Shown in pieces: positions 10,409 to 20,469 of a DNA stretch of 64,000 bases. The notes beneath the pieces are model-generated. The model was not told where the DNA came from, did no database searches, and worked only from the letters and a program-made list of their open reading frames with translations. This stretch comes from Candidatus Lustribacter sp. GTDB lineage: Bacteria; Vulcanimicrobiota; Vulcanimicrobiia; Vulcanimicrobiales; Vulcanimicrobiaceae. The number at the start of each line of letters is the position of its first letter. Positions within the stretch are counted from its first letter, which is position 1. The stretch covers positions 2,496,001 to 2,560,000 of the forward strand of contig OZ255842.1 of NCBI GenBank assembly GCA_965277805.1, in the 5' to 3' direction. Position numbers and translations under genes: made by a program.

Positions 10409-10832
10409 TCACGTCGCCGCGGGCGAAGGCTTCGTCGTAGACATCACCGCTCGTGTTGGAGATCTCCCACCAATTCCCATCGAGATCGCGGAGCGTGAAC
10501 GAACGCACCGCCCCGTGCACTTCGATCGGTCCGATCTCTTTGATCTTGTGCTCGTCCTTCGAACGCAAGGCCGCATCGCGCGCCGCGTCGACTTCCTGGG
10601 CGGAAGTTACGCGCAGGCAGAAGCGGTTTTCAACGCCCTGGGGCTTCGTCTCGACGCCGATCCCGACGCACACGAGCGACCAAACGCCGCCCTTCCACAA
10701 ATACTGTGCCGCCGGCAGCGGTCGCACCGAACCCAAGCCGAGGACCTCTTCGTAGAAGCGGCGCGACGATTTGATGTCCATGCACTCGATCGTGCCGTGC
10801 GAGAGGCGTGTATTGGGAACGAGCGCGGTCAT
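10401..10832 (-). CDS. VOC/glyoxalase family protein
   Basis: LSHGTIEC...SRRFYEEVLGL...SFTLRDLDGNWWEI. Confidence 0.85.
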   Translation of the reverse strand: MTALVPNTRLSHGTIECMDIKSSRRFYEEVLGLGSVRPLPAAQYLWKGGVWSLVCVGIGVETKPQGVENRFCLRVTSAQEVDAARDAALRSKDEHKIKEIGPIEVHGAVRSFTLRDLDGNWWEISNTSGDVYDEAFARGDVSA

Positions 10833-11317
10833 ACTGCGTCGCCTTTTTCGCGCAGCGTCGTGTACTGCTTCTTGGGAGCGCGGTGCTCGACTTCCCACCA
10901 GTTGCTGTCAAAGTCGTCGAAGTAGAACGAGTACGCGCCGTGGTTGGCCTTCGGCTTCTGCACTTGACGGATGCCGTAGCGGTCCTTGTTCTCGACCAGC
11001 ATCGCGTAGGCGCGATCGACGTCGCTTTGCGTGGCGACGAACACACCCCAATGGTTGAGGAACGACTGCGGGTTCGGAATTTCCTTGACTTCGTTGACTT
11101 CGAGCACGAGATACGGCTGGCCGTGCAGCGCTTCCCCCGGGCGGTGACCCTTTTCGCGCACGTAGAGCGAGCCCGGCTTATACATCACGCACTCCAGATC
11201 GAGCGCTTCCTCGAGCAGGCGCCGTACCTTCACCAAATCCGTGGTGAGGAACGTGCCGCGTTCGAGCGAGGTCGTGTTGATCGCGGCGGCCGGTCGTTCG
11301 AGCTGAGTTGAAGTCAT
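10829..11317 (-). CDS. VOC/glyoxalase family protein
   Basis: NHWGVFV...YSFYFDDFDSNWWEV. Confidence 0.8.
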   Translation of the reverse strand: MTSTQLERPAAAINTTSLERGTFLTTDLVKVRRLLEEALDLECVMYKPGSLYVREKGHRPGEALHGQPYLVLEVNEVKEIPNPQSFLNHWGVFVATQSDVDRAYAMLVENKDRYGIRQVQKPKANHGAYSFYFDDFDSNWWEVEHRAPKKQYTTLREKGDAV

Positions 11318-11332
11318 GGTATACCTCCGGGT

Positions 11333-12274
11333 CTACAGGTCGAGGACGAGGGTTTCGTCGGGTAACGCGCGCGAGACGCAGATCTGCATCATCGTCTTGC
11401 GGTCTTCGGGGTCGAGCACGCTGTCGCGATGATCGACTTTGCCGGATACGTAGCGGGTGGTGCAGACTTCGCAGTATCCTTCGCGGCAGATCGAACGTAC
11501 GCGCACGTCATTCTCCGCCAGCACTTCGAGGATCGTGCGGTCGGCCGGAATGTGAAAGGTGACGTTGCGCCGCTTCAGATGGACGTCGAACGGCTTGTTT
11601 GCGGTCGCAACCTCGACGCGGCCCGAACCGAAGAGTTCGAAGTGGACCGTGCCCTTCGGCCAATCCTTCGCTGCGTTGCGCACGGCTTGGATCAGGCCCG
11701 GCGGCCCGCACACGTAGACGTGCGTTCCGGGTTCGCGCACGCGCAGCAGCGCTTCGACGTCGAGCATCTGCTCGCGCAGGCCGCCGTCGTGATGGAACAC
11801 GTGCCGGTCGCCGAATCGCCGTTCGATCACTTCCGCAAAGGCGGTTTCTTCGCGATTGCGCGTGCAGTAGTAGAGCTTGAAGTCGATGCCGAGTTCGTCG
11901 AGGCGCTCGGCCATCGAGAGGATCGGGGTGATGCCGATGCCGCCGGCGATCAAGAAGTTGTGGTCGCCGCCTTCGTCGAGTTCGAACCGGTTCTGCGGCG
12001 GCGTGATGCTGAGGACGTCACCGGGCTTGAGCGAATCGTGCACCCAGGCCGAACCGCCGCCGCCCGCTTCTTCGCGCAACACGGCGATCACGTAGCGATT
12101 GCGTTCGCCCGGACGGTTCAACAGCGAGTACGAACGCACGAGCCCGTTGGGCAGCGTGACGTCGACGTGCGCGCCGGCCTCGAACTCCGGCAACGGCGCG
12201 CCGGTTGGATCGATCAGTTCGAACGACTTGATGCGCGGCGTGATTTGTTCGGCACTGCGAACGACAACGTCCAT
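11333..12274 (-). CDS. PDR/VanB family flavin/[2Fe-2S] oxygenase reductase
   Basis: AGAHVDV, RSYSL, IAGGIGITP, YVCGP, HFE, CREGYCEVC...ICVSR. Confidence 0.92.
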   Translation of the reverse strand: MDVVVRSAEQITPRIKSFELIDPTGAPLPEFEAGAHVDVTLPNGLVRSYSLLNRPGERNRYVIAVLREEAGGGGSAWVHDSLKPGDVLSITPPQNRFELDEGGDHNFLIAGGIGITPILSMAERLDELGIDFKLYYCTRNREETAFAEVIERRFGDRHVFHHDGGLREQMLDVEALLRVREPGTHVYVCGPPGLIQAVRNAAKDWPKGTVHFELFGSGRVEVATANKPFDVHLKRRNVTFHIPADRTILEVLAENDVRVRSICREGYCEVCTTRYVSGKVDHRDSVLDPEDRKTMMQICVSRALPDETLVLDL

Positions 12275-12314
12275 CTTATGGAGTACAGTCGGTGAAAAGT
12301 AGTATCCTGCCCTT

Positions 12315-13205
12315 ATGACCGTACGGATGGAATCGCTCGTTGCGGGCGACGGCCGCCTTTTAGACGTGCTCGCCGGCGGCGCCGAGCGCGGGCCGGCGCT
12401 CGTGATGCACCACGGCACGCCGTCGGATGCGACCCTATGGGCCGATTGGGATGCGGTCGCAAGCGAACGCGGCATCCGCCTGCTCTCGATCTCGCGTCCC
12501 GGCTATGCGACCTCGGCGCGGCAGCCCGGGCGGCACGTCGCCGGCGTTGCGGCCGACGTCGCAGCGGTGTTAGCGCACTTCGACGTGCCCTGGTTCGTCA
12601 CGGCCGGATGGTCGGGCGGCGGCCCGCACGCGCTGGCCTGCGCGGCACTGCTCGGCTCGCGCTGTCGCGCCGCGGCAACCCTCGCCGGCGTCGGCGCGTA
12701 CGGCGTGAGCGACCTCGACTTCCTCGAGGGGATGGGGCCGGAAAATCACGCCGAGTTCGGCGCGGCGCTGCGCGGTGAAGGCGACGTGCGCGCGTGGCTC
12801 GGCGCCAACGCCGAAGCGCTGCGCAACGTGACCGGGCCCGAACTCGCGGATGCGTTCGGCGGACTCGTACCGCAGGCCGACAAGGACGTCTTGGCCGGCG
12901 GTTTTGCCGCCGGCATGGCGGCGACGATGCGGCGTGCGCTAGCGGGCGGCTTCGACGGCTGGGTTGATGACGATCTGGCCTTCATCCAACCGTGGGGCTT
13001 TGATCTTACGGCGATCGCCGTACCGGTTGCAATTTGGCAAGGCGATTTGGATCTGATGGTGCCGTTCGCGCACGGTGCGTGGCTACGGCGGCACGTTCCG
13101 CCTGCAACCTCGCACGCAGCGCCGGGTCACGGCCACATCTCGCTCATCGTAACGTACCGGACCGCGATCGTCGACGATTTGCTGGCCGCGGCCGCACGCG
13201 CGTAG
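12315..13205 (+). CDS. alpha/beta fold hydrolase
   Basis: HHGTP, RPGY, GWSGG nucleophile elbow, QGDLDLMVP, GHIS. Confidence 0.9.
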   Translation: MTVRMESLVAGDGRLLDVLAGGAERGPALVMHHGTPSDATLWADWDAVASERGIRLLSISRPGYATSARQPGRHVAGVAADVAAVLAHFDVPWFVTAGWSGGGPHALACAALLGSRCRAAATLAGVGAYGVSDLDFLEGMGPENHAEFGAALRGEGDVRAWLGANAEALRNVTGPELADAFGGLVPQADKDVLAGGFAAGMAATMRRALAGGFDGWVDDDLAFIQPWGFDLTAIAVPVAIWQGDLDLMVPFAHGAWLRRHVPPATSHAAPGHGHISLIVTYRTAIVDDLLAAAARA

Positions 13206-13211
13206 CTCTTC

Positions 13212-13733
13212 GTGCTCCTGAAAATCATGCGGTTCGACGCGCCGGACGCGCGGGCGTTCGTGAACGGCGAACACGATGCCATCGCCGGGAACCAGGACGA
13301 AACATACACCGGCGCTGAGGTCGCCTTGTTCGAAACGATCTGCGAGATTCCGGGCGAAGCCGAAACGCTTGCCGCGGCATTCGTGCAGGCAACGTATCTC
13401 CGGCTCGCCGACTGCACGATTCGCGCCGAACGCACGCAACATTTCCGCGCGGTGCAAGAGAACGTTTGGAACGCGGGCCTGGCCCGCGCGCCGGGGATGC
13501 TGGGCGGCGCGTTCGCCGTTTCATACGACGACGTGCTGCGGTACGCGGTGGCGACGTTCTGGAGCGACGAAGGCGCCCACCGCAATTATCAGGAGCAGAT
13601 CTTTCCCGCACTCAACGCGCTCGCCGGCGTCAACGCCGACGCGGCGCGCGTGGCGGGTTACCGGATCAATCTGCTGCCGGAGTGGCGTGTTCCAAGTGAT
13701 CCCAGCCCGCGCGCGCGATCGGATCACCGTTAG
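13212..13733 (+). CDS. YdbC/DUF4937-like (ABM-fold) protein
   Basis: HFRAVQENVWNAGLARAPGMLGGAF...FWSDEGAH pattern. Confidence 0.6.
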   Translation: MLLKIMRFDAPDARAFVNGEHDAIAGNQDETYTGAEVALFETICEIPGEAETLAAAFVQATYLRLADCTIRAERTQHFRAVQENVWNAGLARAPGMLGGAFAVSYDDVLRYAVATFWSDEGAHRNYQEQIFPALNALAGVNADAARVAGYRINLLPEWRVPSDPSPRARSDHR

Positions 13734-14661
13734 CGCGGCGTACTCCCGGCTCGGCCGTCGCAACGCCGACGCGCAGGAGCGGCCGGCCGAAGCGCGCGTG
13801 AAAGCGTCCGGCCAAGTGCGTGAACGCGCGCGCCGCAACCGAGATCAGCAGTTCGAAGTCTTCGCCGCCGTCGAGCGCCCAGCGTTCGGCATCCGCGCCG
13901 GCGCGCTGCGCGATCGCGCGCGCGCTCTCGGCCACCGGAATCCTCTCGAGAGTGGCGCCCGCGTTCGAGGCGCGGACTAAGCGCGCGAGGTCGGTCGAGA
14001 GACCGTCGGAGGTATCCATCATCGCGCGCACGTTGCGCGATGCGCCGAGCCAACGCCCCTCCGAGAGCCGCGGTTCCGGCGTGCGAAACGCGCGCAGCGC
14101 ATCCGCCGCCGCCGGATCGTCGAGCAGTTCACGATGTTCGATCGTAACGGCGAGACCGGCGCGGCTCGCGCCCAGCGGGCCGGTCACCGCGATCACGTCG
14201 CCGGGTAACATCGCGCCGCGCGTCTTGAGGTTGGACGGGCGCACTTCGCCGACGATCGTGATCGAAATGGTGATCGCGGGCGCGCGCACGATGTCGCCGC
14301 CTGCAATCGCGCACTTCGTCCGTTCGGCGAGCGCGGCGATCCCGCGGTAACAGTCGAGGATCCAGGCTTCATCCGCATCCGGACCGACGCCGAAGGCAAT
14401 CGTCGCCAGCACCGGCTTCGCGCCCATCGCGGCGATATCGGAGAGGTTCGAGGCCAGCGCCCGATGTCCGACGTCGGCGGCGCTCATCGCGGCGCGGGTG
14501 AAGTGCACGCCTTCGATCAGCGCGTCGGTCGTGATCACGCTGCGCGCCGAGCGCGACGGCTGCCACACGGCCGCATCGTCGCCGATGCCCACGAGCAACG
14601 CACTCGGAGCCGCCTGCGATACGATCGCCTGCAGCTTCGCGATCAGGTCGTCTTCGGTCAC
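13666..14661 (-). CDS. thiL: thiamine-monophosphate kinase
   Basis: GIGDDAA, TTDALIEGVHF, NLSDIAAMG, GGD, DTSDGL, GGEDFELL. Confidence 0.95.
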   Translation of the reverse strand: MTEDDLIAKLQAIVSQAAPSALLVGIGDDAAVWQPSRSARSVITTDALIEGVHFTRAAMSAADVGHRALASNLSDIAAMGAKPVLATIAFGVGPDADEAWILDCYRGIAALAERTKCAIAGGDIVRAPAITISITIVGEVRPSNLKTRGAMLPGDVIAVTGPLGASRAGLAVTIEHRELLDDPAAADALRAFRTPEPRLSEGRWLGASRNVRAMMDTSDGLSTDLARLVRASNAGATLERIPVAESARAIAQRAGADAERWALDGGEDFELLISVAARAFTHLAGRFHARFGRPLLRVGVATAEPGVRRANGDPIARAGWDHLEHATPAAD

Positions 14662-15329
14662 TTGCTGACGGAGTCGATGCGGCGGCGCAGCTCGCGCATC
14701 GCCGCCGGCGGATCGGCCGCGCCGAACACGCTCGAACCGGCGATCAGCATCGTCGCGCCGGCCTCGACCGCGCGCTCGATGTTCGCCTCGCCGATGCCGC
14801 CGTCGACTTCGATGTCGCACTCGGGATTACGCTCGGCAACGAGGGCGCGCACCTCGCGCAGCTTCACCAGCGCACGCTCGATAAAGGCTTGCCCGCCGAA
14901 GCCGGGGTTCACGCTCATCACGAGGATCTGATCGCATTCTTCGATCAGGTCGACCAGCATCGCGGTCGGCGTCTGCGGGTTGATCCCGATACCGGCGCGC
15001 GCACCGATGCTGCGCAGGTGCTGCAAGAGCCGGTGCGCGTGCGGCGTCGCCTCGTAGTGGAAGGTGATGATGTCGGCGCCGGCCTTGCGAAAATCGTCGA
15101 CGTACTTCTCGGGTTCGACGATCATCAGGTGACAATCGAACGGCAGCGTGGTCAGCTTGCGCAGATCCGCGACGATCTTCGGGCCCCACGTGAAGTTCGG
15201 CACGAAACGGCCGTCCATCGAGTCGAGGTGCAGCGCATTTGCGCCGGCAGCTTCGACCATCTTGATCTGGCCCGCGATGTCGGCGAAATCGGCCGAGAGC
15301 AGCGAGGGGGCCAGTTTGACCGCCGGCAT
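14658..15329 (-). CDS. rpe: ribulose-phosphate 3-epimerase
   Basis: APSLLSADF, HLDSMDGRFVPN, MSVNPGFGGQ, EVDGG. Confidence 0.97.
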   Translation of the reverse strand: MPAVKLAPSLLSADFADIAGQIKMVEAAGANALHLDSMDGRFVPNFTWGPKIVADLRKLTTLPFDCHLMIVEPEKYVDDFRKAGADIITFHYEATPHAHRLLQHLRSIGARAGIGINPQTPTAMLVDLIEECDQILVMSVNPGFGGQAFIERALVKLREVRALVAERNPECDIEVDGGIGEANIERAVEAGATMLIAGSSVFGAADPPAAMRELRRRIDSVSK

Positions 15330-16384
15330 CAGTGCGTCGGCGCCGTCGGCGCGGAGGGATGCTTGAGCTGAGGCGGTTCTTTTCCGATCGTAGCCACATC
15401 CAGCAGTTCGTTGTTCACGTAGGTATCCAGCTCGGCGGTTCCGATCGCGGTCACCGTGAGGTCGAGCTTCTGCCCGCCTTGCGCGTAACCGTCGTAGACG
15501 TTCCAGGTACCGGTGTCGTCACGCACCTGCATTCGCACGTGCGCCGTATCGTCGTGCACCGGGATGTCGGCGGTGACGTGCACCTGACGCACGAGGTAGC
15601 CGTATTCGGTCGGACCGGCACTTACCTGAAGCGACGTCAGCGTGAACGGATCGATGTTCGCGCCCGCAGCCGGCGACTGCCGTACCACCGTTCCGCGCGC
15701 CGGACCGTCCGGTCCGAACGGCGTCCACACGACTTGCCCCAAGTGCACTTTCGCCGCCGTCGCCACATCGCGCGCCTCGTCGATCCCCATGTTGACGAAA
15801 TTCGGCACCTTGACGTTTGCCGGTGGACCTTTGCTCAGCGTGAGCGTCACGTTCGTACCCTCGCGCACGCTCGTCAGCGGCGGCGGAACCTGATCGATGA
15901 CGTGGTTGGCCGGGATGTCGTCATTGGGGACGGTCTTCGTTCCCGCCAGCGTGAGCTTGACGTTGCCGAGTTCCAACTGCACGTTGCGCAGCGATTCGAA
16001 ACGCAGATCGGGCATCGGAAAGATGTGAATGCCGGTGCTGACCACGAGCGAGACCGCGCGGCCTTCGCGCACGTGCGAGCCGGCCGCGGGCTGCTGGCCC
16101 ATTACCACGTCCTGCGGGTACTGCTCGCTCGGCTGACGCGCGATCACCGAACAGTTCAAGTGCAGCCGGCCGCACTCCGAGGACGCGTCGTCGAACGTCT
16201 GACCGCTGAAGGCGGGCAGCAGCACGTCGCCCGAACTGCCGAAAAAATCCTGAACCGAGTGTCCGAACCACACCACCACCGCGACGAAAAATGCCAGCGA
16301 AAGGGCGAGGACCCAATCGCGGTCCAGCACCGTTGCGAACGACGCCCGCAACGGCCGGCGCGGCGGCGCGGCAGTGTCGCTCAC
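15329..16384 (-). CDS. membrane-anchored PASTA-repeat protein (no kinase domain)
   Basis: One N-terminal TM helix, then three PASTA-like repeats (QQPAAG...VSLVVSTG; QVPPPL...LTLSKGP; VPNFVNM...QSPAAG). Confidence 0.85.
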   Translation of the reverse strand: MSDTAAPPRRPLRASFATVLDRDWVLALSLAFFVAVVVWFGHSVQDFFGSSGDVLLPAFSGQTFDDASSECGRLHLNCSVIARQPSEQYPQDVVMGQQPAAGSHVREGRAVSLVVSTGIHIFPMPDLRFESLRNVQLELGNVKLTLAGTKTVPNDDIPANHVIDQVPPPLTSVREGTNVTLTLSKGPPANVKVPNFVNMGIDEARDVATAAKVHLGQVVWTPFGPDGPARGTVVRQSPAAGANIDPFTLTSLQVSAGPTEYGYLVRQVHVTADIPVHDDTAHVRMQVRDDTGTWNVYDGYAQGGQKLDLTVTAIGTAELDTYVNNELLDVATIGKEPPQLKHPSAPTAPTH

Positions 16385-16397
16385 GCCGGCGACGTCC

Positions 16398-17144
16398 TCA
16401 CGAGAGCAGCGCCTCGAGCGCGGCTTCGTCGAAGTCGGCGTTGCTGTAGACGCGCTGCACGTCTTCGTGCTCTTCGAGCGCGTCGAGGAACTCCAGAACC
16501 TTGTTGGTGTCGGCCTCCGGCGGACGCGACGTCTGCTTCGCCTCCATCGTCAGCTGCGCCGAGATCACGCGCAGGCCGGCCGCTTCCAGCTGATCTTTCG
16601 CCGCCATCAGGAGCGTCGGCTCCGTGACGATTTCGGCCGGTTCGCCGAAGCGCACGTCGATCACGCCGTCGACCAGCGCGCGTTCGGTCAGCTCGTCCTC
16701 GGAGAGGCGCTGCGGATCGACTTCGATCAGGCCGCGCGATTCAAACATCCAGCCGACGCTTCCGGTTTCCCCCAGCGTCCCCCCGTTGCGGCTGAACAGG
16801 AAGCGGATTTCGCTCGCCGTGCGGTTGCGATTGTCGGTGGCGGCCTCGACGATCACCGCGATGTTCGCCGGACCGTAGCCTTCGTAGCGGATCTCTTCGA
16901 TCAGCTTCTCGCCTTCGGAGCCGCTGCCGCGCGCGATCGCGCGCTTGATGTTGTCCTGCGGCATGTTGACGGAACGCGCTTTGTCGACCGCCATCTTGAG
17001 CCGGTAGTTCGCCTCGGGATCCGCCGACCCGTTCTTCGCGGCCAGAATGATCTCTTTACTGACTTTCGTGAAGATGGCGCCGCGCTGCGCGTCGACCTTG
17101 CCCTTCTTCAGCTTGATATTGTGCCACTTACTATGTCCGCTCAT
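16398..17144 (-). CDS. yebC: YebC/PmpR family protein
   Basis: MSGHSKWHNIK, YEGYGP, TDNRNRT, DVQRVYSN. Confidence 0.95.
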   Translation of the reverse strand: MSGHSKWHNIKLKKGKVDAQRGAIFTKVSKEIILAAKNGSADPEANYRLKMAVDKARSVNMPQDNIKRAIARGSGSEGEKLIEEIRYEGYGPANIAVIVEAATDNRNRTASEIRFLFSRNGGTLGETGSVGWMFESRGLIEVDPQRLSEDELTERALVDGVIDVRFGEPAEIVTEPTLLMAAKDQLEAAGLRVISAQLTMEAKQTSRPPEADTNKVLEFLDALEEHEDVQRVYSNADFDEAALEALLS

Positions 17145-17175
17145 TTTGAAGGCGCTCCGCCCCAGGCTGCGCGCC

Positions 17176-17196
17176 CCCCACGCCTATGGCGTGGGG
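17176..17196. repeat. GC-rich intergenic hairpin
   Basis: CCCCACGCC-TAT-GGCGTGGGG perfect 9-bp stem. Confidence 0.5.
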
Positions 17197-17268
17197 CCCC
17201 CAGTCCGAGTTCGCAAGAAACATAATAGCTAAGGCGCGATTTTTCTGCGCTCACTTCATAACCGTTAA

Positions 17269-20200
17269 TCATATAATCCAACGTCCAATCCACATGCGGG
17301 CGTGCCAGGTATCCCACGTAACGTGCGTTCCGGCCAGCACCGGATAGAAAAATGCGAAGCCCGCCACGACGACGGCCAGATAGATCGCGACGCTCAAACG
17401 CGGCACGAACGGCGACGTGGCGCCCGCGGGAATCCAGTTCCAGACCTTCTGCAAGACGATCGCGTTGCAGAGCACGATGATCGCGAGGTTCGGGAAGAAA
17501 TGGTACTCGAACGCGATGCGCGGCGAGATGATCCACGGCAGCCACTGCAGGAAGTACGCGACGATCAACAGCGCGTAACCACGGTTGCGTTCGAACCAGG
17601 CATAGAAGCCGACCAGCGGCACCGTCAGCAAGCCGAACCACCACACGAACGGATTCGGCAGCGCGAGGATCTCCGCCACGCAGCACGCCGTCGGATCGTT
17701 CGCCGCGGCACCGGCGCGCCAGTCGTGGTAGAAATACGAGATCGGCCGCTCGAGAATCGGCCACTGCCACCACGACGACGCGTAGGGATGCGTCGCAACC
17801 AGATGGTCGTGATAGTTGAACATCTCGGTCTGCAGCGCAACCATGTCCACGAAATTATGGCCGAGCGTAAAGAACGGAATATAGCACGCGGTGTAGATGA
17901 TGCCCGCGACGACGAGCAAGACGCCGATCAGAACGTCGAGCGGCATGCCGTACGGGTTTCCGAACAGCGCCGGGCGGCGGAGCCAGCGCTGGGCCACAAC
18001 GACGGCAGCACAGCCCCACACGACGAAGAAGTCGAACAGTCCGTTCCACTTCGAGGCCGCAAGCGCGCCCGACGAAACGGCGAGCAGTCCGATCCAGACC
18101 CACATCTCCGCGCCGCTGGTCCAACCGGTCGCGGTTTTCATCACACCGTCGGTCTGGAACGTCGCAGTGCCGAGCGGCGTTTGATACACCATCCGCCCAG
18201 TGGGTTCGATATCACGCGTTGCCGGCAGCATTTGCCCTTCGGCGGGCAGGAGCACCGGTGCGCCCGCCGGCTCGAACGCCACGCGCGTGCCGTCCGCATA
18301 CGATGCGACGCTGCGCGCATCCACGCTTCGCGATGCTAGCCATCGCGCGATCAGGTAGAACACGATCTCGACGTAGAGAAACGCAACGACCCAGGCGATC
18401 GGACGCATCTCCGGACCGCGCGTATGCGGGCCGACGTTGATCAAGATGGTGGCGATGCCGATCCCCGCCAATGCACCGACGCCCAAAAAGCCGCCGAAGA
18501 TCGCTACGGTCGACCTATTGGCCGGCGGCACCATGGCGCGGCGCGCCGCGCTCGCCGTCCATACCCGGTAGAATGCGTAGAGGGTCGTCAGCGAAAAGAA
18601 CGCGACCGTGATTTCCGGCGTCGCGATGCGCGACTGGACGTAGTGGAAACCGTCGAAGAGCAGCATCCCGGTCGCGATCGAGGCAAAGAGCGTCGAGCCG
18701 GTGAGGCGCTTCGCGAATACGTACAGCACGCCGCACATCAGCGCGCCGACCACGACGTTGAGAAAACGCCAGCCGATGCCGGTATCGCCCAGCGTGCCGG
18801 GTTGCAGCCCGCCGAAGAGCCACATCGATGCCGTGACCACGAGCTTCGTCAACGGCGGATGCGTAAACTCGAAGATCTCCATGTGCTTGAGATACTCTTC
18901 GCCCGCGCGTGCGTAGTAGATCTCGTCGAAAATCTTCTCGGCCGGCCACTGAAGCTCGATCATGCACAAAACGAACGAGCCCAGCGTCGCCGCGCCCGCA
19001 AAGACCCAATCGAACCAGCGCATCGAGACGACGCCTTCGTGCGGATCGAACCACGCACGCGCCACCGCACCGATGCGGGCACCGACGCCGGCAGCGTCGG
19101 ACTCGGCGACTTCAAGCACGCGCACCGAACCGCCGAGATAGATGTAGCCGAGCAAGAAGAACAGCGCGACGTTGACGGCTGCGATCAAATGCGAACCGGC
19201 GCCCCAGATGTTCGTCGGGTCGACGCCCGGCGGATGGGTCTCCATCACGGTCTGGTAGGCGAAGGAGTAAATCAGGTTCAGTAGCGTCGTGATCGAGAGG
19301 ACCACCGCGGTCCACAGCTGCCGCCGCCCGAACGCCAAGAGCGGAAACGCCAGCAGAAACGCGCCGAAGATGTACCGCTCGTGCATGCGCGTCGCGAGCG
19401 TGAAGAACGCGAACGCCACCAGCATCGAGGCTTCGAGGAACGCGCGGTCGGTGCGCTCTTGCAGGTAGCGCGCGACGATCAGACCGGTAGCCGCAATCAC
19501 GAGCACCACGCCCCACAGCCACGTGGCGCCGAGCGCGATGCCGGCCAGCGGCAGCGACGTCGTATCCGGTTGCCAGAACGGCTGCTTGATCGCGTACAGG
19601 TTGAACGCGTTGACGGTGTTATAGGCGTAGACGTTGCTGCCGATGCGGTAGCGGTCGAAGAGCCACCCGATCAGTTCGGCGATATTTGCCGTCGGGTGAA
19701 AGAGCGCCGCCACGCCGAGCGTGAGGATCAGCGAAGCGACGAGGCCGCAGGCGGTGGCGCGCACGCGCCGCGCGCGCGCTTCGGGGTCGAGCGGCGCGAA
19801 GGCAAAAGCGAGCAGCACGACCGCGACCAGCGCACCCTGCGGTTTGATCAGGATCGAGAACGTCATCGCCAGCCACGCGCACGTTATGCGCGCCGTCTGC
19901 AGCGCGGGATCGTCCGCGCTGCGCAGGGCGAGCCACAGCGCGAGCAGCACGAAACCCCACGACACCGAGTCGACTTGGCCCCAGTACGCGGACGTATAAA
20001 TCGTCGCGGGGTTGAAGAGAAACAGCGCGGCGGCGCCGAGCGCAACCGTTTCGCGCGCGTACCGTCGCACGATGGCATAGATCAGGACGCCGTCGACGAG
20101 ATCCATTGCGAGCGCCGGCAGCTTCACCATAATGCGCAGCGCGAAGTACGAGCTGTCGTTGACGTTGATGAGGTGCAGGTGGCCGAGCGTGCCGTACACG

Positions 20201-20469
20201 GCGCCGATCACCCACAGCACGATGAAATAGCCGGGCGGATAGTCGGCGAACGACGTCTTCCCGTAGAACTGCCAGGGCGGATTATCTTTGAGCGTCAGCG
20301 TCCACGCTTCGAACGCGGAAATGTCGTTGTGAAAGCCGGTGCTCGGCAACAGTAAGAGCCGGATGACGAAGCCGGCCGCCAAGATGGCGATGAGCGCCCA
20401 GGCCCACGACCCCGCGCGCAGATCCGGCGCCGCAACGGCCTTGCTCGCCGGGGTTGAAGAACTGCTCAT
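17269..20469 (-). CDS. polyprenol-phosphate-sugar-dependent (GT-C) glycosyltransferase; N-terminal GT-C domain fused to a protein O-mannosyltransferase (PMT) domain
   Basis: N-half DYPPG, WGQVDS, KPQ, MHERY; C-half FDEIYY, HPPLTK, WRF, SKWNG, HPYASSWWQWP; many TM helices. Confidence 0.85.
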   Translation of the reverse strand: MSSSSTPASKAVAAPDLRAGSWAWALIAILAAGFVIRLLLLPSTGFHNDISAFEAWTLTLKDNPPWQFYGKTSFADYPPGYFIVLWVIGAVYGTLGHLHLINVNDSSYFALRIMVKLPALAMDLVDGVLIYAIVRRYARETVALGAAALFLFNPATIYTSAYWGQVDSVSWGFVLLALWLALRSADDPALQTARITCAWLAMTFSILIKPQGALVAVVLLAFAFAPLDPEARARRVRATACGLVASLILTLGVAALFHPTANIAELIGWLFDRYRIGSNVYAYNTVNAFNLYAIKQPFWQPDTTSLPLAGIALGATWLWGVVLVIAATGLIVARYLQERTDRAFLEASMLVAFAFFTLATRMHERYIFGAFLLAFPLLAFGRRQLWTAVVLSITTLLNLIYSFAYQTVMETHPPGVDPTNIWGAGSHLIAAVNVALFFLLGYIYLGGSVRVLEVAESDAAGVGARIGAVARAWFDPHEGVVSMRWFDWVFAGAATLGSFVLCMIELQWPAEKIFDEIYYARAGEEYLKHMEIFEFTHPPLTKLVVTASMWLFGGLQPGTLGDTGIGWRFLNVVVGALMCGVLYVFAKRLTGSTLFASIATGMLLFDGFHYVQSRIATPEITVAFFSLTTLYAFYRVWTASAARRAMVPPANRSTVAIFGGFLGVGALAGIGIATILINVGPHTRGPEMRPIAWVVAFLYVEIVFYLIARWLASRSVDARSVASYADGTRVAFEPAGAPVLLPAEGQMLPATRDIEPTGRMVYQTPLGTATFQTDGVMKTATGWTSGAEMWVWIGLLAVSSGALAASKWNGLFDFFVVWGCAAVVVAQRWLRRPALFGNPYGMPLDVLIGVLLVVAGIIYTACYIPFFTLGHNFVDMVALQTEMFNYHDHLVATHPYASSWWQWPILERPISYFYHDWRAGAAANDPTACCVAEILALPNPFVWWFGLLTVPLVGFYAWFERNRGYALLIVAYFLQWLPWIISPRIAFEYHFFPNLAIIVLCNAIVLQKVWNWIPAGATSPFVPRLSVAIYLAVVVAGFAFFYPVLAGTHVTWDTWHARMWIGRWII

